Below, in pieces: positions 26,247 through 35,395 of a DNA stretch of 64,000 bases. How positions within the stretch are numbered: position 1 is the stretch's first letter; every line of letters begins with the position of its first letter. Origin of the DNA: an uncultured Spirochaetota bacterium (GTDB taxonomy: Bacteria > Spirochaetota > Spirochaetia > SZUA-6 > Fen-1364); assembly GCA_963734545.1 (NCBI GenBank), contig CAVTHO010000005.1, positions 198,886-262,885 on the forward strand. Direction: 5' to 3'. The position numbers and the translations under genes are program-made. Under the pieces are notes generated by a model. The model was not told where the DNA came from. It saw only the letters and a program-made list of their open reading frames with translations, and searched no databases.

Positions 26247-27233
26247 ATGACACGCATCCTGTTTCGACGGAGCGATGGCTCGCTCGACACCTCGCTGGGA
26301 ATAGAAGAAATCCCCGCTGCGCTGGCTGAGCAGGGCGGTCTGCTCTGGGTGGATTTCCTCGACGAGCCTGACGCGTCCTGCGAGCGCATCCTCCGCGACA
26401 TTTTCCATTTTCATCCGCTGGCCATCGATGACGCGCTCCGGGAAAGCCATGTGCCCAAGCTGGACGACTGGGACTCCTATCTCTACATCGTGCTCCACGC
26501 GCTCGCTTTCGACCCCGCGGCGGCGGAGCAGCTCTCCACGCGCGAGCTGGACATTTTCGCGGGCCCTCACTATCTCGTGACTCACCGGGAGGAGGACATC
26601 CCGCCCCTCGATCGGGTCTGGGACGCCTGCCCGCATGATGAAAGGATGATGGGAAGGGGGGCAGCGCGGCTCCTCTATCACCTCGTGGACGAGATCATCG
26701 CCGGTCATATGCCCGTGGTGGATGCAATCGACGAGGAGATGGAGCGCATCGAAGAGCTCATTCTCTCCGCCTCCGGACCCGGAACCCTCCCGCATGTCCT
26801 GCGCATCAAGAGGTCGCTCCTGCACCTCCGGCGGATCGTGGCCCCGCAGCGGGAGACGCTGAACAGGCTCGCGCGTGACGAGCTCGCCGTCATCGAGCCC
26901 GGCCAGCGCGTGTACTTTCGCGACGTCTACGACCACCTCGTGCGCCTGTACGACATTGCGGAGGGGATTCGAGACCTGGCATCCGGCGCGCTGGACACGT
27001 ACCTGTCGGTGATCAACAACCGGATGAACGAAGTGATGAAGACGTTCACCCTGATCACCACGCTTTTCATGCCCATCTCTTTCATCACGGGCTTTTTCGG
27101 CATGAACTTCTTCACCGCCTCCAATCCGCCTCCCGCCATGACAGGGAGGATCGCGCTCGGAGCGATCTGCGCCGCGGTCGTCCTCATCCCCTGCCTCATG
27201 TACCTGTGGCTGAGGCGGAGGCGATGGGTCTGA
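26247..27233 (+). CDS. corA: Magnesium/cobalt transporter CorA
   Basis: Cytoplasmic funnel domain followed by two C-terminal TM helices with the signature GMNF (FFGMNFF). Confidence 0.88.
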   Translation: MTRILFRRSDGSLDTSLGIEEIPAALAEQGGLLWVDFLDEPDASCERILRDIFHFHPLAIDDALRESHVPKLDDWDSYLYIVLHALAFDPAAAEQLSTRELDIFAGPHYLVTHREEDIPPLDRVWDACPHDERMMGRGAARLLYHLVDEIIAGHMPVVDAIDEEMERIEELILSASGPGTLPHVLRIKRSLLHLRRIVAPQRETLNRLARDELAVIEPGQRVYFRDVYDHLVRLYDIAEGIRDLASGALDTYLSVINNRMNEVMKTFTLITTLFMPISFITGFFGMNFFTASNPPPAMTGRIALGAICAAVVLIPCLMYLWLRRRRWV

Positions 27234-27245
27234 CAGGGGCCCGGT

Positions 27246-28223
27246 TCACACCGCTATCTGCCGGCACGATGGTCCGGGATACCCCATGTCGGGAGTGGTG
27301 AAAGCGGCACCCTGACGGCCGCGGGCGTCCACCGCAATGATGCCGCCGCGGCCGCCGGTCCGCCTGTGAATGGACCGCAGCACCGCCTCCACCGCCTCTT
27401 GCGGGTGCTCGCCGCGTGCCGCCCGGTCCGAGACGGACTTCGCGGCGGCCGTGCGAATGAAGGCCTCTCCCCATCCCGTGCAGCAGACTGCCGCGCCCTC
27501 GTCATCCGCGTAGATGCCGCAGCCCACCAGGGGAACGTCGCCCACCCGGCCCGCCCTCTTTCCCCGCGTGCCCCCGGTGCTGGCGCCGGCGCACACCGCG
27601 TACCCCGGCCCGGATCCGTTTCGGACTCCGATCACGACGCCCACCGTCCCCCGGCTTTCGTGAGCCGCCTCACCGGTACCCGGGTTGACGCGGCCCTCCT
27701 CGTCGAAAAAGGTGCGGGCGTCGGGTCTGCCCGCGGCCACCCACGCCTGGAAGCCTTGGCGCTCGCGGGCGTTGACGAGGCTCGCCGGGTCCACCGGCGC
27801 GAATCCCGCCGACAGCGCAAACCGCTCGGCGCCCTCTGCGATGAGGAGCACGTGTTCGGTCCGTTCCATGACGGCAAGGGCGATCTCCGATGGATTGCCG
27901 AAACGGCCGACGGAGGCCACCGCCCCGGCTCTGAGGTTCTTCCCTTCCATCACCGCCGCGTCGAGCTCCACCTTGCCATCCTCGTTGAGGAAGCTCCCCG
28001 TGCCCGCGTCGAATGTGGGATCGTTTTCCAGAATCCTGAGCGCGGACACGACGACGTCCAGCGGACGCGCCCCCTTGTTCAGCGCCTCCATCGCGGCGCC
28101 GTACGCCCGGCGCACCCCTTCGATGTGCGGTCCCTTGAGGTCTGCCGGTATGTTCCACGCGCCGCCGTGCACCTGTACGACGAATCGAGAGTCCGTTGAT
28201 ACGATGGACCAGTGGGAGAACAT
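27246..28223 (-). CDS. Isoaspartyl peptidase / L-asparaginase (Ntn-hydrolase, plant-type asparaginase family)
   Basis: HGGAW, DPTFDAGTGS, autoprocessing site GTVGVV, GRVGD.PLVGCG. Start taken at ATG 28223 (MFSHWSIV) after AAGGAG, so it does not overlap the upstream gene. Confidence 0.85.
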   Translation of the reverse strand: MFSHWSIVSTDSRFVVQVHGGAWNIPADLKGPHIEGVRRAYGAAMEALNKGARPLDVVVSALRILENDPTFDAGTGSFLNEDGKVELDAAVMEGKNLRAGAVASVGRFGNPSEIALAVMERTEHVLLIAEGAERFALSAGFAPVDPASLVNARERQGFQAWVAAGRPDARTFFDEEGRVNPGTGEAAHESRGTVGVVIGVRNGSGPGYAVCAGASTGGTRGKRAGRVGDVPLVGCGIYADDEGAAVCCTGWGEAFIRTAAAKSVSDRAARGEHPQEAVEAVLRSIHRRTGGRGGIIAVDARGRQGAAFTTPDMGYPGPSCRQIAV

Positions 28224-28239
28224 CTCTCGCTCCTTTTCC

Positions 28240-28929
28240 TCAGCCTTGCAGGCCGCGCATGACTGCCTGAATGACACGCTCGTCGCCCGGCATCAGAAAG
28301 TGGAGAAGCACCGGTATCTGCACCTCGCTCCCAAATGGAAGGCGTGAGCTCACGGCGGGCGAGATGACGATGTCCAGCGGCGACCAGATCGACGTGAAGG
28401 AGACCTGTGCAAGACGATCGGCATCCCGATTGAGGTCCAGCAGGAACGGGCTGCCCGGCCGCATCTGCCGCACGCCCGGGAGCGGCTCCAGGTACGCGGT
28501 GCCGGTTCCGTGATGCGGCGTGGAGATCGTCACAAAATGCGCAATGCGCGCAAGCCCGCCCAGGCGCTGCGCATAGTAGCGCGCCACGAGCCCGCCCATG
28601 CTGAAGGCCACAATGTCCAGGGATCGGCGGGGGCCGAGCCTCGCGTCAATGAACCGCCGCAGGTCATCGGCCGACTGTTCGAGGGTGACCGAGCCGTCGT
28701 TCGGCTCCAATGCAAATGCGAGCGCGCGCCACCCCGCCCTGTCGAGCCGCGCCGCCATTCGCTTGAACATCGAGGAGGTATCCCAGAGGCCGGGCACAAG
28801 CACGACAGACCGGGACGTGCTGACCGCATCGGCCTGCGCGGGCTCGGCCTTTCCTCCGGCGCGCGTCCCGGCAACAGGCAGGAGAGCGGCGATCAGCAGG
28901 AATGCGGCTTTCCGGACAGCACCGCTCAT
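28240..28929 (-). CDS. Secreted alpha/beta-hydrolase, small lipase/esterase type
   Basis: Signal peptide (AAFLLIAALLPVAG), oxyanion region VVLVPGLWD, nucleophile elbow AFSMGG. Overall size resembles class-2 lipases. Confidence 0.72.
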   Translation of the reverse strand: MSGAVRKAAFLLIAALLPVAGTRAGGKAEPAQADAVSTSRSVVLVPGLWDTSSMFKRMAARLDRAGWRALAFALEPNDGSVTLEQSADDLRRFIDARLGPRRSLDIVAFSMGGLVARYYAQRLGGLARIAHFVTISTPHHGTGTAYLEPLPGVRQMRPGSPFLLDLNRDADRLAQVSFTSIWSPLDIVISPAVSSRLPFGSEVQIPVLLHFLMPGDERVIQAVMRGLQG

Positions 28930-28930
28930 C

Positions 28931-30124
28931 CTATCGCTCGATGAACGCTTTCAGCCTGCCCAGACCTTCCCTTATCATTGGAATGTCGATGCCGGAATAG
29001 GCGAACCGGATGTACATCTCCTTCTCACCGGGAAGCGGACGTCCGAAATGAAGCCGCGTGCAGAATGACACGCCGGTCTCGCGAAGAACGGTCTGGCGAA
29101 AGCTGTTGTAATCGTGCAATCCGGTCTTCTTCATGGCACCGGTCACATTGGGAAAGAGATAAAAAGTCGCGTTCGGCTTGAAACAGCGGACCCCTTCGAT
29201 GGAGTTCAGGATCTCCACCGCCACGTCCCGCCTTTCCCGGAATGTATCCAGGATCCTCTTCGGCCCCTGCTGGTCCCCCGCGAGCCCCGCAATGGCGCCG
29301 TACTGGATGAAATGGTTGGAACAGGATTCGTCGTTGACATTGAGCTTCGCAATGACGTCGATGACCTCCCGCGGCCCGATTGCCGCGCCGAGCCGCCATC
29401 CGGACATGGCGAACTTCTTGGAGAAGGTGTAGAGGATCACGCTGCGCTCCGCCATTCCCGGCAGAGACGCGAGAGAAAGGGACTCCCCCGAATAGCGCAT
29501 GTCGAAGTACGCCTCGTCGCAGAGCACGTACAGGTCGTGCTTCAGCGCCAGGCGCGCGAGCTCGGCGCGCTCTTCCGGAGAGCACTCCGCCCCCATGGGA
29601 TTCTGGGGGTCGTTCAGCACCAGGAGCCTCGTCCGAGGGGTGATCTGCCTCTTGATGCTGTCCATGTCCAGGCGGAAATTATCGCTCCCCTCCCGGTATC
29701 CGTATGGCACCGCCTTGCCGCCGTGGAACTCGATCTGGGATTCGTAGATCGGGTAGCCCGGATTGGGATACAGGACCTCGTCCCCCGGATTCATGAGCGC
29801 CTGAAAAAACTTGCCGATCACCGGCTTGCCGCCTGGCTGGATGGCCACGTTCTCCATGGTGTAGGGCACGCCGCGGGCCGCGCGCACATTTGCCGCAAGC
29901 GCTTCGCGAAGCTGCGGGATGCCGGCCGTAGGGCAGTAGCCGGTCTTCCCGTTCCTCATCGCCTCGATGGCGGCGCCCATCACGTCATCCGGGGTGGGGA
30001 CATTCAGGTCACCGAGGTGAAAGGGATAAACCTTGTTGCCTTGCGCCGCAAAGGCTGCGGCCTCCGCGGAGACGGCGAAGGCCGTTTCGGATCCCAGGCG
30101 TGAAATGCGGTCAGCAATCCTCAT
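28931..30124 (-). CDS. Class I/II PLP-dependent aminotransferase (aspartate aminotransferase-like)
   Basis: Typical fold-type I motifs: NP.NP.G, DEAY, and PLP lysine in YTFSKKFAMSGWRLG. Confidence 0.88.
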   Translation of the reverse strand: MRIADRISRLGSETAFAVSAEAAAFAAQGNKVYPFHLGDLNVPTPDDVMGAAIEAMRNGKTGYCPTAGIPQLREALAANVRAARGVPYTMENVAIQPGGKPVIGKFFQALMNPGDEVLYPNPGYPIYESQIEFHGGKAVPYGYREGSDNFRLDMDSIKRQITPRTRLLVLNDPQNPMGAECSPEERAELARLALKHDLYVLCDEAYFDMRYSGESLSLASLPGMAERSVILYTFSKKFAMSGWRLGAAIGPREVIDVIAKLNVNDESCSNHFIQYGAIAGLAGDQQGPKRILDTFRERRDVAVEILNSIEGVRCFKPNATFYLFPNVTGAMKKTGLHDYNSFRQTVLRETGVSFCTRLHFGRPLPGEKEMYIRFAYSGIDIPMIREGLGRLKAFIER

Positions 30125-30312
30125 CTCGGCGCCTCCTTGGGAACATCTGTCGATAGGAGAGCATCATACCACGGGTCGACGGGCGGAGTCAGACCAGGCT
30201 GATCCGTCAAACGTAGCGATGGACGAGGCCGACGGTCAACGAAAACCGCACGGTGCCTCCGCGGAGCCCCCTTGCTTGCGCAACAGTCAGTCGGACGATA
30301 ATCTGGGAATGC

Positions 30313-30966
30313 GTGAAAACGTACGTCGTGCTTGCGGGGAACATCGGGGCAGGGAAATCGACGCTGGTCCGCATGATGTGCGATCGGCTGGGCTGGGAGC
30401 CTTATTACGAGCCGGTGGCGGAGAATCCCTACCTGGAGGACTTCTACCGTGACATGAATCGATGGGCCTTTCATTCGCAGGTCTTTTTCCTGACACATCG
30501 GGCACGGTCGCACCATGCGCTGCTCGACTATCCTCGCCCGGTGGTCCAGGACCGCTCTTTCTACGAGGACGCGGAAGTGTTCGCGCGCGCCCAGCACAGG
30601 CGGGGCTCCCTGAGCGATCGTGACTGGGCCTCCTACCTCGAGCTCTACGGCATTCTCACGGCGCTTCTCGCCCCGCCGGACCTCGTGGTGTACCTCCGCG
30701 CATCCGTGCCCACGCTGCGGCGGCGGATCGCTCAGCGGGGACGCGGCATGGAGGCCGGGATCTCCGACGAGTATCTCGTGGAGCTGAATGCGCTCTACGA
30801 AGACTGGATCGCGGGTTTCGACCGCGCCCCCGTGCTCGTGGTGCCCGCGGATCGCCTGGACTTCGTCAGGGATTCGCAGGATCTGCACGCGATCATCACC
30901 ACGGTTCAGAGCCGCCTCCTGGGCAGGCAGGGGACCCTGTTCCCCGAAGAGGGCGCTCCTCCCTGA
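30313..30966 (+). CDS. Deoxynucleoside kinase (dCK/dGK family)
   Basis: P-loop GNIGAGKST, YEPV..NPYL..FY, DRS..ED..F, and LID arginines RRRIAQRGR. In-frame GTG 30313 is the likely start; ORF-track ATG 30253 gives an atypical 20-aa extension. Confidence 0.8.
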   Translation: MKTYVVLAGNIGAGKSTLVRMMCDRLGWEPYYEPVAENPYLEDFYRDMNRWAFHSQVFFLTHRARSHHALLDYPRPVVQDRSFYEDAEVFARAQHRRGSLSDRDWASYLELYGILTALLAPPDLVVYLRASVPTLRRRIAQRGRGMEAGISDEYLVELNALYEDWIAGFDRAPVLVVPADRLDFVRDSQDLHAIITTVQSRLLGRQGTLFPEEGAPP

Positions 30967-31760
30967 TGAGCGCAACGATCATCGCGGCCGCCCGGGCGCT
31001 CGCGCGGCAGGCTGACAGGCTTCGCTTCAAAGAGCCGGTCCGCTACGTCTACAATCCGCTCGTGTACGCACGGCACCCCCACGAGGAGTATCTGGAAAGA
31101 TATGCAGCCTCTCGCAAGCGCCTGGTACTCCTGGGAATGAATCCGGGCCCCTGGGGCATGGCGCAGACCGGCGTGCCCTTCGGCGAGGTTGCGCTCGTTC
31201 GAGACTGGCTGGGTATCTCCGGAATTGTGACCCGGCCGCGTCAGCAGCATGCACGGGTACCGGTTCAGGGATTTGCGTGCGCGCGCAGTGAAGTGAGCGG
31301 CATGCGGCTCTGGGGGCTGATGCAGGCGCACTACGGGAGCGCGGGGGCGTTCTCGACAGACGCTTTCGTGTCCAACTACTGCCCTCTCCTGTTCCTCGAC
31401 GCTGCCGGCAGGAATATCACCCCGGACAGGATTCACCGGGACGATCGTGAGCCGCTCTATTCCCTGTGCGACAGGTTCCTGGCCATAGTAGTCGACGCGC
31501 TGCGCCCTGAATGGCTCGTGGGCGTAGGAGCATTTGCCGCGCGCCGCGCTCGAGCCGCCGCATCCTGCGGATTTGGCATCGCCGTACGGGGTATTCCCCG
31601 AACGGGTACTCCCGTACCCGGCGCCGCCGGGCTGCCCGACGTGCCTGCGCGGGCCGTTCGGGTCACCTCCATCCTCCATCCCAGCCCGGCAAGCCCGCGC
31701 GCCAATCGGGATTGGGCGGCGCAGGTGGAGGAAGCGCTCACTGCCCAGGAGATCTGGTGA
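30966..31760 (+). CDS. SMUG1-family (family 3) uracil-DNA glycosylase carrying an internal repeat insertion
   Basis: GMNPGPWGMAQTGVPFG motif A and HPSPASPRAN motif B. Its start abuts the dNK stop. Confidence 0.75.
   Translation: MSATIIAAARALARQADRLRFKEPVRYVYNPLVYARHPHEEYLERYAASRKRLVLLGMNPGPWGMAQTGVPFGEVALVRDWLGISGIVTRPRQQHARVPVQGFACARSEVSGMRLWGLMQAHYGSAGAFSTDAFVSNYCPLLFLDAAGRNITPDRIHRDDREPLYSLCDRFLAIVVDALRPEWLVGVGAFAARRARAAASCGFGIAVRGIPRTGTPVPGAAGLPDVPARAVRVTSILHPSPASPRANRDWAAQVEEALTAQEIW
31565..31630. repeat. GC-rich palindromic repeat (family member) inside the SMUG-type glycosylase CDS
   Basis: CTGCGGATTTGGCATCGCCGTACGGGGTATTCCCCGAACGGGTACTCCCGTACCCGGCGCC. The 26-mer at 31584-31609 is the exact reverse complement of 44306-44331. 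It shares CCGAACGGGTRCTCCCGTACC with 62.9 kb and GCGGATTTG with 53.9 kb. Confidence 0.8.
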
Positions 31761-31808
31761 CGGCGTCGCGCTTAACAGCGCCACGGTTCCGTGGTACCCT
31801 GTGAGTGC

Positions 31809-32222
31809 ATGCTGACCATTTCATCCAGAGGCGTGTACGGCCTGACCGCGGTGGTGGAGCTGGGGCGTCGCCACGGGCAGGGCACCGTGCAGATCAGGGA
31901 CATCGCGAAGGCCCACAACATCCCGCAGCACTACCTGGAGCAGATTCTGGTCACGCTGAAGAAAGCCCGACTGGTAAAGAGCCATCGCGGCTCACAGGGA
32001 GGCTACAGCCTGGCCAGAGGTCCCGCACAGATCAGGGTGCTCGAAGTCCTGGAGAGCGTCGAAGGAGAGCTTGAAGTCGTTCCCGTCCGAAAACGGGACG
32101 GTGTCCTGGCATTCTTCTGGAGCTCGCTCGATCAGGGGATTCGGGAAATCCTTGCCTTGAGTATTGAAGACCTGATCCTGGACATGCAGAAAGCCGACAG
32201 CCTGGTCAACTACTCCATTTGA
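31809..32222 (+). CDS. Rrf2-family transcriptional regulator
   Basis: MLTISSRGVYGLTAVVELG...IRDIA....IP..YLEQIL..L.KA.LV.S.RG..GGY.LAR winged-helix signature. No obvious C-terminal Cys triad. Confidence 0.85.
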   Translation: MLTISSRGVYGLTAVVELGRRHGQGTVQIRDIAKAHNIPQHYLEQILVTLKKARLVKSHRGSQGGYSLARGPAQIRVLEVLESVEGELEVVPVRKRDGVLAFFWSSLDQGIREILALSIEDLILDMQKADSLVNYSI

Positions 32223-32261
32223 TACGGCGCCTCTCGCGCTCCCCCCCTGCCTATCCAATAC

Positions 32262-32290
32262 TTGACTATCTCACTTGAGAATGTTATTCT
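32262..32290 (+). promoter_or_regulatory. Possible sigma-70-type promoter for the dsrE-like/tusA-like pair
   Basis: TTGACT (32262-32267), a 17-nt spacer, then TATTCT (32285-32290), about 25 nt upstream of ATG 32315 (RBS GGAGGTGG). ACTTGA occurs twice, 13 nt apart, across the spacer. Confidence 0.35.
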
Positions 32291-32314
32291 GTCATTGACC
32301 TGCACGGAGGTGGC

Positions 32315-32794
32315 ATGACGGAAAAGAAAAAACTCTCCCTGATCTGTTTCAGTGGAGATTTCGACAAGAGCGTCGCGGCCTTCACCCTGGCAACAGGGGC
32401 CGCAGCGGTGAACTACGAGGTGAACATGTTCTTCACCTTCTGGGGTCTGAACATCGTGAAGTCAGGCAGACGGCGCCGGCTCGTCGGCCGGGGTCCCCTT
32501 GCCCGGGTTTTCAATTTCCTCGCCGGCGGATCCGGCAACCTGCCGATGAGCAGGCTCAACTTTATGGGCGCCAGCCCCGGTTTGATGTCGCGCATGATGA
32601 AAAAGCGGAATGTCGCGACGCTGGAGCAGCTCGTACAGGCGGCCAAGGACCTGCGGGTGGGGCTGTATGCCTGCGAAATGTCCATGAATATCCTGGGCAT
32701 GAAACAGCCGGACTTCATCCCTGAAATAAAGGAAGTGATCGGCGTGCCGACATTCCTGAAGCTGTCGGAGGGCGGAGAAACCCTGTTCATATGA
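32315..32794 (+). CDS. DsrE/DsrF-like (DrsE_2) sulfur-relay family protein
   Basis: LSLICFSGDFDK..AAF.LA.GAAA...V.MFFTFWGL and a conserved Cys in LYACEMSM. It is ATGA-type coupled to the tusA-like gene. Confidence 0.72.
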   Translation: MTEKKKLSLICFSGDFDKSVAAFTLATGAAAVNYEVNMFFTFWGLNIVKSGRRRRLVGRGPLARVFNFLAGGSGNLPMSRLNFMGASPGLMSRMMKKRNVATLEQLVQAAKDLRVGLYACEMSMNILGMKQPDFIPEIKEVIGVPTFLKLSEGGETLFI

Positions 32795-33021
32795 GCATGA
32801 TAAAGCAATCCCTGGACATCACGCAGGAGCACTGCCCGATGACATTTGTGAAGGCGAGGCTGGCACTGGAAAAACTGGCCGCGGGCGACCAGTTGGAGGT
32901 CTTCCTGAGCGAAGGCGAGCCGCTGCAGAGCGTGCCGCGCTCAGCGACCGAGCAGGGTTACAAGGTCCTGGAGGTTGCCCAGGTGGAGGGAACCCGCTAC
33001 AGAGTCCTGTTCGAGAAGTAG
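32791..33021 (+). CDS. TusA/SirA-like sulfur carrier protein
   Basis: 76 aa with an N-terminal active-site Cys in LDITQEHCPMTFVKARLAL and a two-layer alpha/beta pattern. Confidence 0.8.
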   Translation: MSMIKQSLDITQEHCPMTFVKARLALEKLAAGDQLEVFLSEGEPLQSVPRSATEQGYKVLEVAQVEGTRYRVLFEK

Positions 33022-33030
33022 CAGACCGGC

Positions 33031-33100
33031 GATTCAGCGCGCCGCGGTATTCCTCGGATTCAGCGCGCCGCGGTATTCCGCGGATTCTGGCGCGGGCCCG
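33031..33100. repeat. GC-rich palindromic repeat, tandem 26-nt units, between convergent genes and forming the 3' end of the kinase CDS
   Basis: GATTCAGCGCGCCGCGGTATTCCTCG / GATTCAGCGCGCCGCGGTATTCCGCG / GATTCTGGCGCGGGCC. The core GCGCCGCGGTAYTCCGCGGATT is shared with 53.9 and 62.9 kb. Confidence 0.8.
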
Positions 33101-34743
33101 CGATCTCCTGCCTGCGCGCGTCCTGCCCGGGAACCCTCGGGAGCATTGAGCAGGGCGAAGCTTTCCTTGTTGCTCCTGTACAGCCTCTTGAACACTTCGA
33201 ATCCGCGCGCGTACACGCCGGCGCGCCCTGCATCCGGGGCAAAAGCCTTCCGAATAGAAACGAGGGCCGCGGCAGCCTCGAAGCTGGGGATACGGCCCAA
33301 TGCTATGCCGCACAGCAAGGCCGCGCCTGCAGCACCCGCATTCTGCGGGCTCGCGACCGCCTCCACGCGCTTTCCCGTCACGTCGGCGAGGATCTGGCTG
33401 GTGCTGTCCGAAATCGCGCCGCCTCCCGCGAAACGCAGTTTCTCCACCGGGGAGGTCTTTGCCTCCATGCACTCCAGTATCCAGCGCTTGTGATAGGCGA
33501 TCCCCTCCACCACTGCGCGAATCAGATTCCGTTTGCCGGTCTCCAGCCCGATATTGAAAAACATTCCGCGGGCATTCGGGTCCTCGAAGGGAGACCTGTT
33601 GCCGTGGAGCCAGGGTGTGAAGATGGCCCCCCCGCTGCCTGCCTCGGTTTCCTGGATCACATGATCGAGGTATTCCAGAAGGGTCGCGTATCCGCTGTCC
33701 GGCCGGTCATGCGCCTGCCGTCCTTCCTGGTAGACGCCGATTTCATCCAGGGCCAGATGGTCCCGTACCCACTCGAGGCACTTCCCTGAAGTCTCCTGCT
33801 CGCCGATGTAATTGTAGAAGCCTGGCCGGGCCGCGAGGATGGAGCCAATGAAGTGGTCCAGATCCACGATGCGCCGCTGCACGACCCGGGAGACCCATCC
33901 AGAGGTTCCCACGTAGACGTGTGTATCACCGGGCGCGACACAGCCGCACCCGACGGCCAGCATGGTCACGTCCCCGCCTCCACCGATGACCGGCGTCCCT
34001 TCCCTGAGGCCCAGCTCGTGCGCGGCAACCGGGGTGAGCGCGCCGACCGTTGCCGTGGAGGGGACGACACCCGGCATGTGCCGCGGCGCGACGCCGAAAG
34101 TGCGAAGCAGAGGCCTGCTCCATCCCCTCCGGCCCGGCCGTGTGTCGTAGAGAAAGGTGACGTGGGCGCTGTCTTCCGTCATCAGCGCGTTGCCCGTGCA
34201 GCGCAGGAGCAGATACTCCTTCACGTCGAGCCAGGCATGGATCCGACGGAAGACATCCGGCTCATTCTCCCTGACCCATGCATACTTCCACACGGGGTCC
34301 TTGACGCTCGCCGAGGCACCGCCGGTGACAATGAGAGAAAGAAGGAGCCTGCGCGCGTTCAGCCCTGCCACACGAAGCCCGGATCCGATGCCACGGGTCC
34401 ACTGCGCACCGGCACGCTGGTCCATGTAGCTCATGGCGGGACGGAGAGCGCGGCCCTCCGCGTCGACGAGCACCAACCCCTGCATCTGGCAGCAGAAGGA
34501 GAGCGCGCCGATCGATTCGGAGGGAACCCCGGTCCGGGCCAGCACGTCGCGGGTGGTGACCCTCATGGCATTCCACCAGTCCTCGGGGTCCTGTTCCGCT
34601 CCGCCGGAAGGGAAGATGCGCAAGGGATACTTCTGGGTCGCGCTTCCGAGCAGCCGCAGCGTGCTGCCCAGCGCGAAAAGGCAGGTCTTTGCGCTCGTGG
34701 TTCCGATGTCGAAGGCAAGGACGTGGAGCGGCTCAGTCATCAT
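33034..34743 (-). CDS. FGGY-family carbohydrate kinase (xylulokinase-like)
   Basis: N-terminal LAFDIGTTSAKT phosphate-1 motif, GGGDV..LAVGCG, and a C-terminal FGGY_C region (GGGA.S....QILADV.G). The last ~20 aa (..ESAEYRGALNPRNTAAR) are encoded by the repeat. Confidence 0.85.
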   Translation of the reverse strand: MMTEPLHVLAFDIGTTSAKTCLFALGSTLRLLGSATQKYPLRIFPSGGAEQDPEDWWNAMRVTTRDVLARTGVPSESIGALSFCCQMQGLVLVDAEGRALRPAMSYMDQRAGAQWTRGIGSGLRVAGLNARRLLLSLIVTGGASASVKDPVWKYAWVRENEPDVFRRIHAWLDVKEYLLLRCTGNALMTEDSAHVTFLYDTRPGRRGWSRPLLRTFGVAPRHMPGVVPSTATVGALTPVAAHELGLREGTPVIGGGGDVTMLAVGCGCVAPGDTHVYVGTSGWVSRVVQRRIVDLDHFIGSILAARPGFYNYIGEQETSGKCLEWVRDHLALDEIGVYQEGRQAHDRPDSGYATLLEYLDHVIQETEAGSGGAIFTPWLHGNRSPFEDPNARGMFFNIGLETGKRNLIRAVVEGIAYHKRWILECMEAKTSPVEKLRFAGGGAISDSTSQILADVTGKRVEAVASPQNAGAAGAALLCGIALGRIPSFEAAAALVSIRKAFAPDAGRAGVYARGFEVFKRLYRSNKESFALLNAPEGSRAGRAQAGDRGPAPESAEYRGALNPRNTAAR

Positions 34744-35395
34744 GGGCGGCCGGCTCCTTCCTCGCGTACTTGCGCAGATAGTACTGGTGCATGAAGCCGG
34801 CTTCCAGCCGGTTGATGGGCCGGGCGCCGCCGAGAAACTCAGCCTCGATGAACGCCTTGCAGCCCTTCTCCAGTATCTGGCAGCAGGTGAATGCCTCTTC
34901 GAGGTCGCGCCCCACGCAGATTGCGCCGTGATTGGCGAGCAGGGCCGCGTTGCGGCCGCGCAGGGCTTTCAAGGTGACGCGCACGATCTTCCGGGTGCTG
35001 GGCAGCGCATACGCCGCGCAGCGCACGCCGGGTCCGATGATCTGGGCAAGGTCGTCCAGGATCGGCGGGACATTGCGCCGTGCCGCGGCAACGGTGGAGG
35101 CGTTCATCGAATGCGTATGGACGACCGCCTGTGCATCGCGTCTGTCGGCATAGATCGCCACGTGCAGCCGCCATTCGCTCGAGGGCTTCTTCCCGGTGAA
35201 GCTTCCGTCCGCGAGCGTCACGACGGAGATATCCGAGGGCTCAAGAGTCCGGTAGTCACCTGCCGTCGGCGTGATCACCATGCGAAGGGCATCCAGACGC
35301 ATGCTGATGTTCCCCCAGGTTCCCGCGACGAGACCGGTTTCGAGCAGCCTCCGCCCCATGGCGCAGAGCTGCTCTTTCGCAAGGGCCATGTCCAT
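34733..35395 (-). CDS. Class II aldolase/adducin-family protein (fuculose-/ribulose-phosphate aldolase/epimerase-like)
   Basis: Start at MDMALAKEQ, ATGA-coupled to the upstream stop at 35395. GTWGNIS, zinc-ligand region HVAIY....AQAVVHTHS, and LLANHG. Confidence 0.85.
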   Translation of the reverse strand: MDMALAKEQLCAMGRRLLETGLVAGTWGNISMRLDALRMVITPTAGDYRTLEPSDISVVTLADGSFTGKKPSSEWRLHVAIYADRRDAQAVVHTHSMNASTVAAARRNVPPILDDLAQIIGPGVRCAAYALPSTRKIVRVTLKALRGRNAALLANHGAICVGRDLEEAFTCCQILEKGCKAFIEAEFLGGARPINRLEAGFMHQYYLRKYARKEPAAHDD

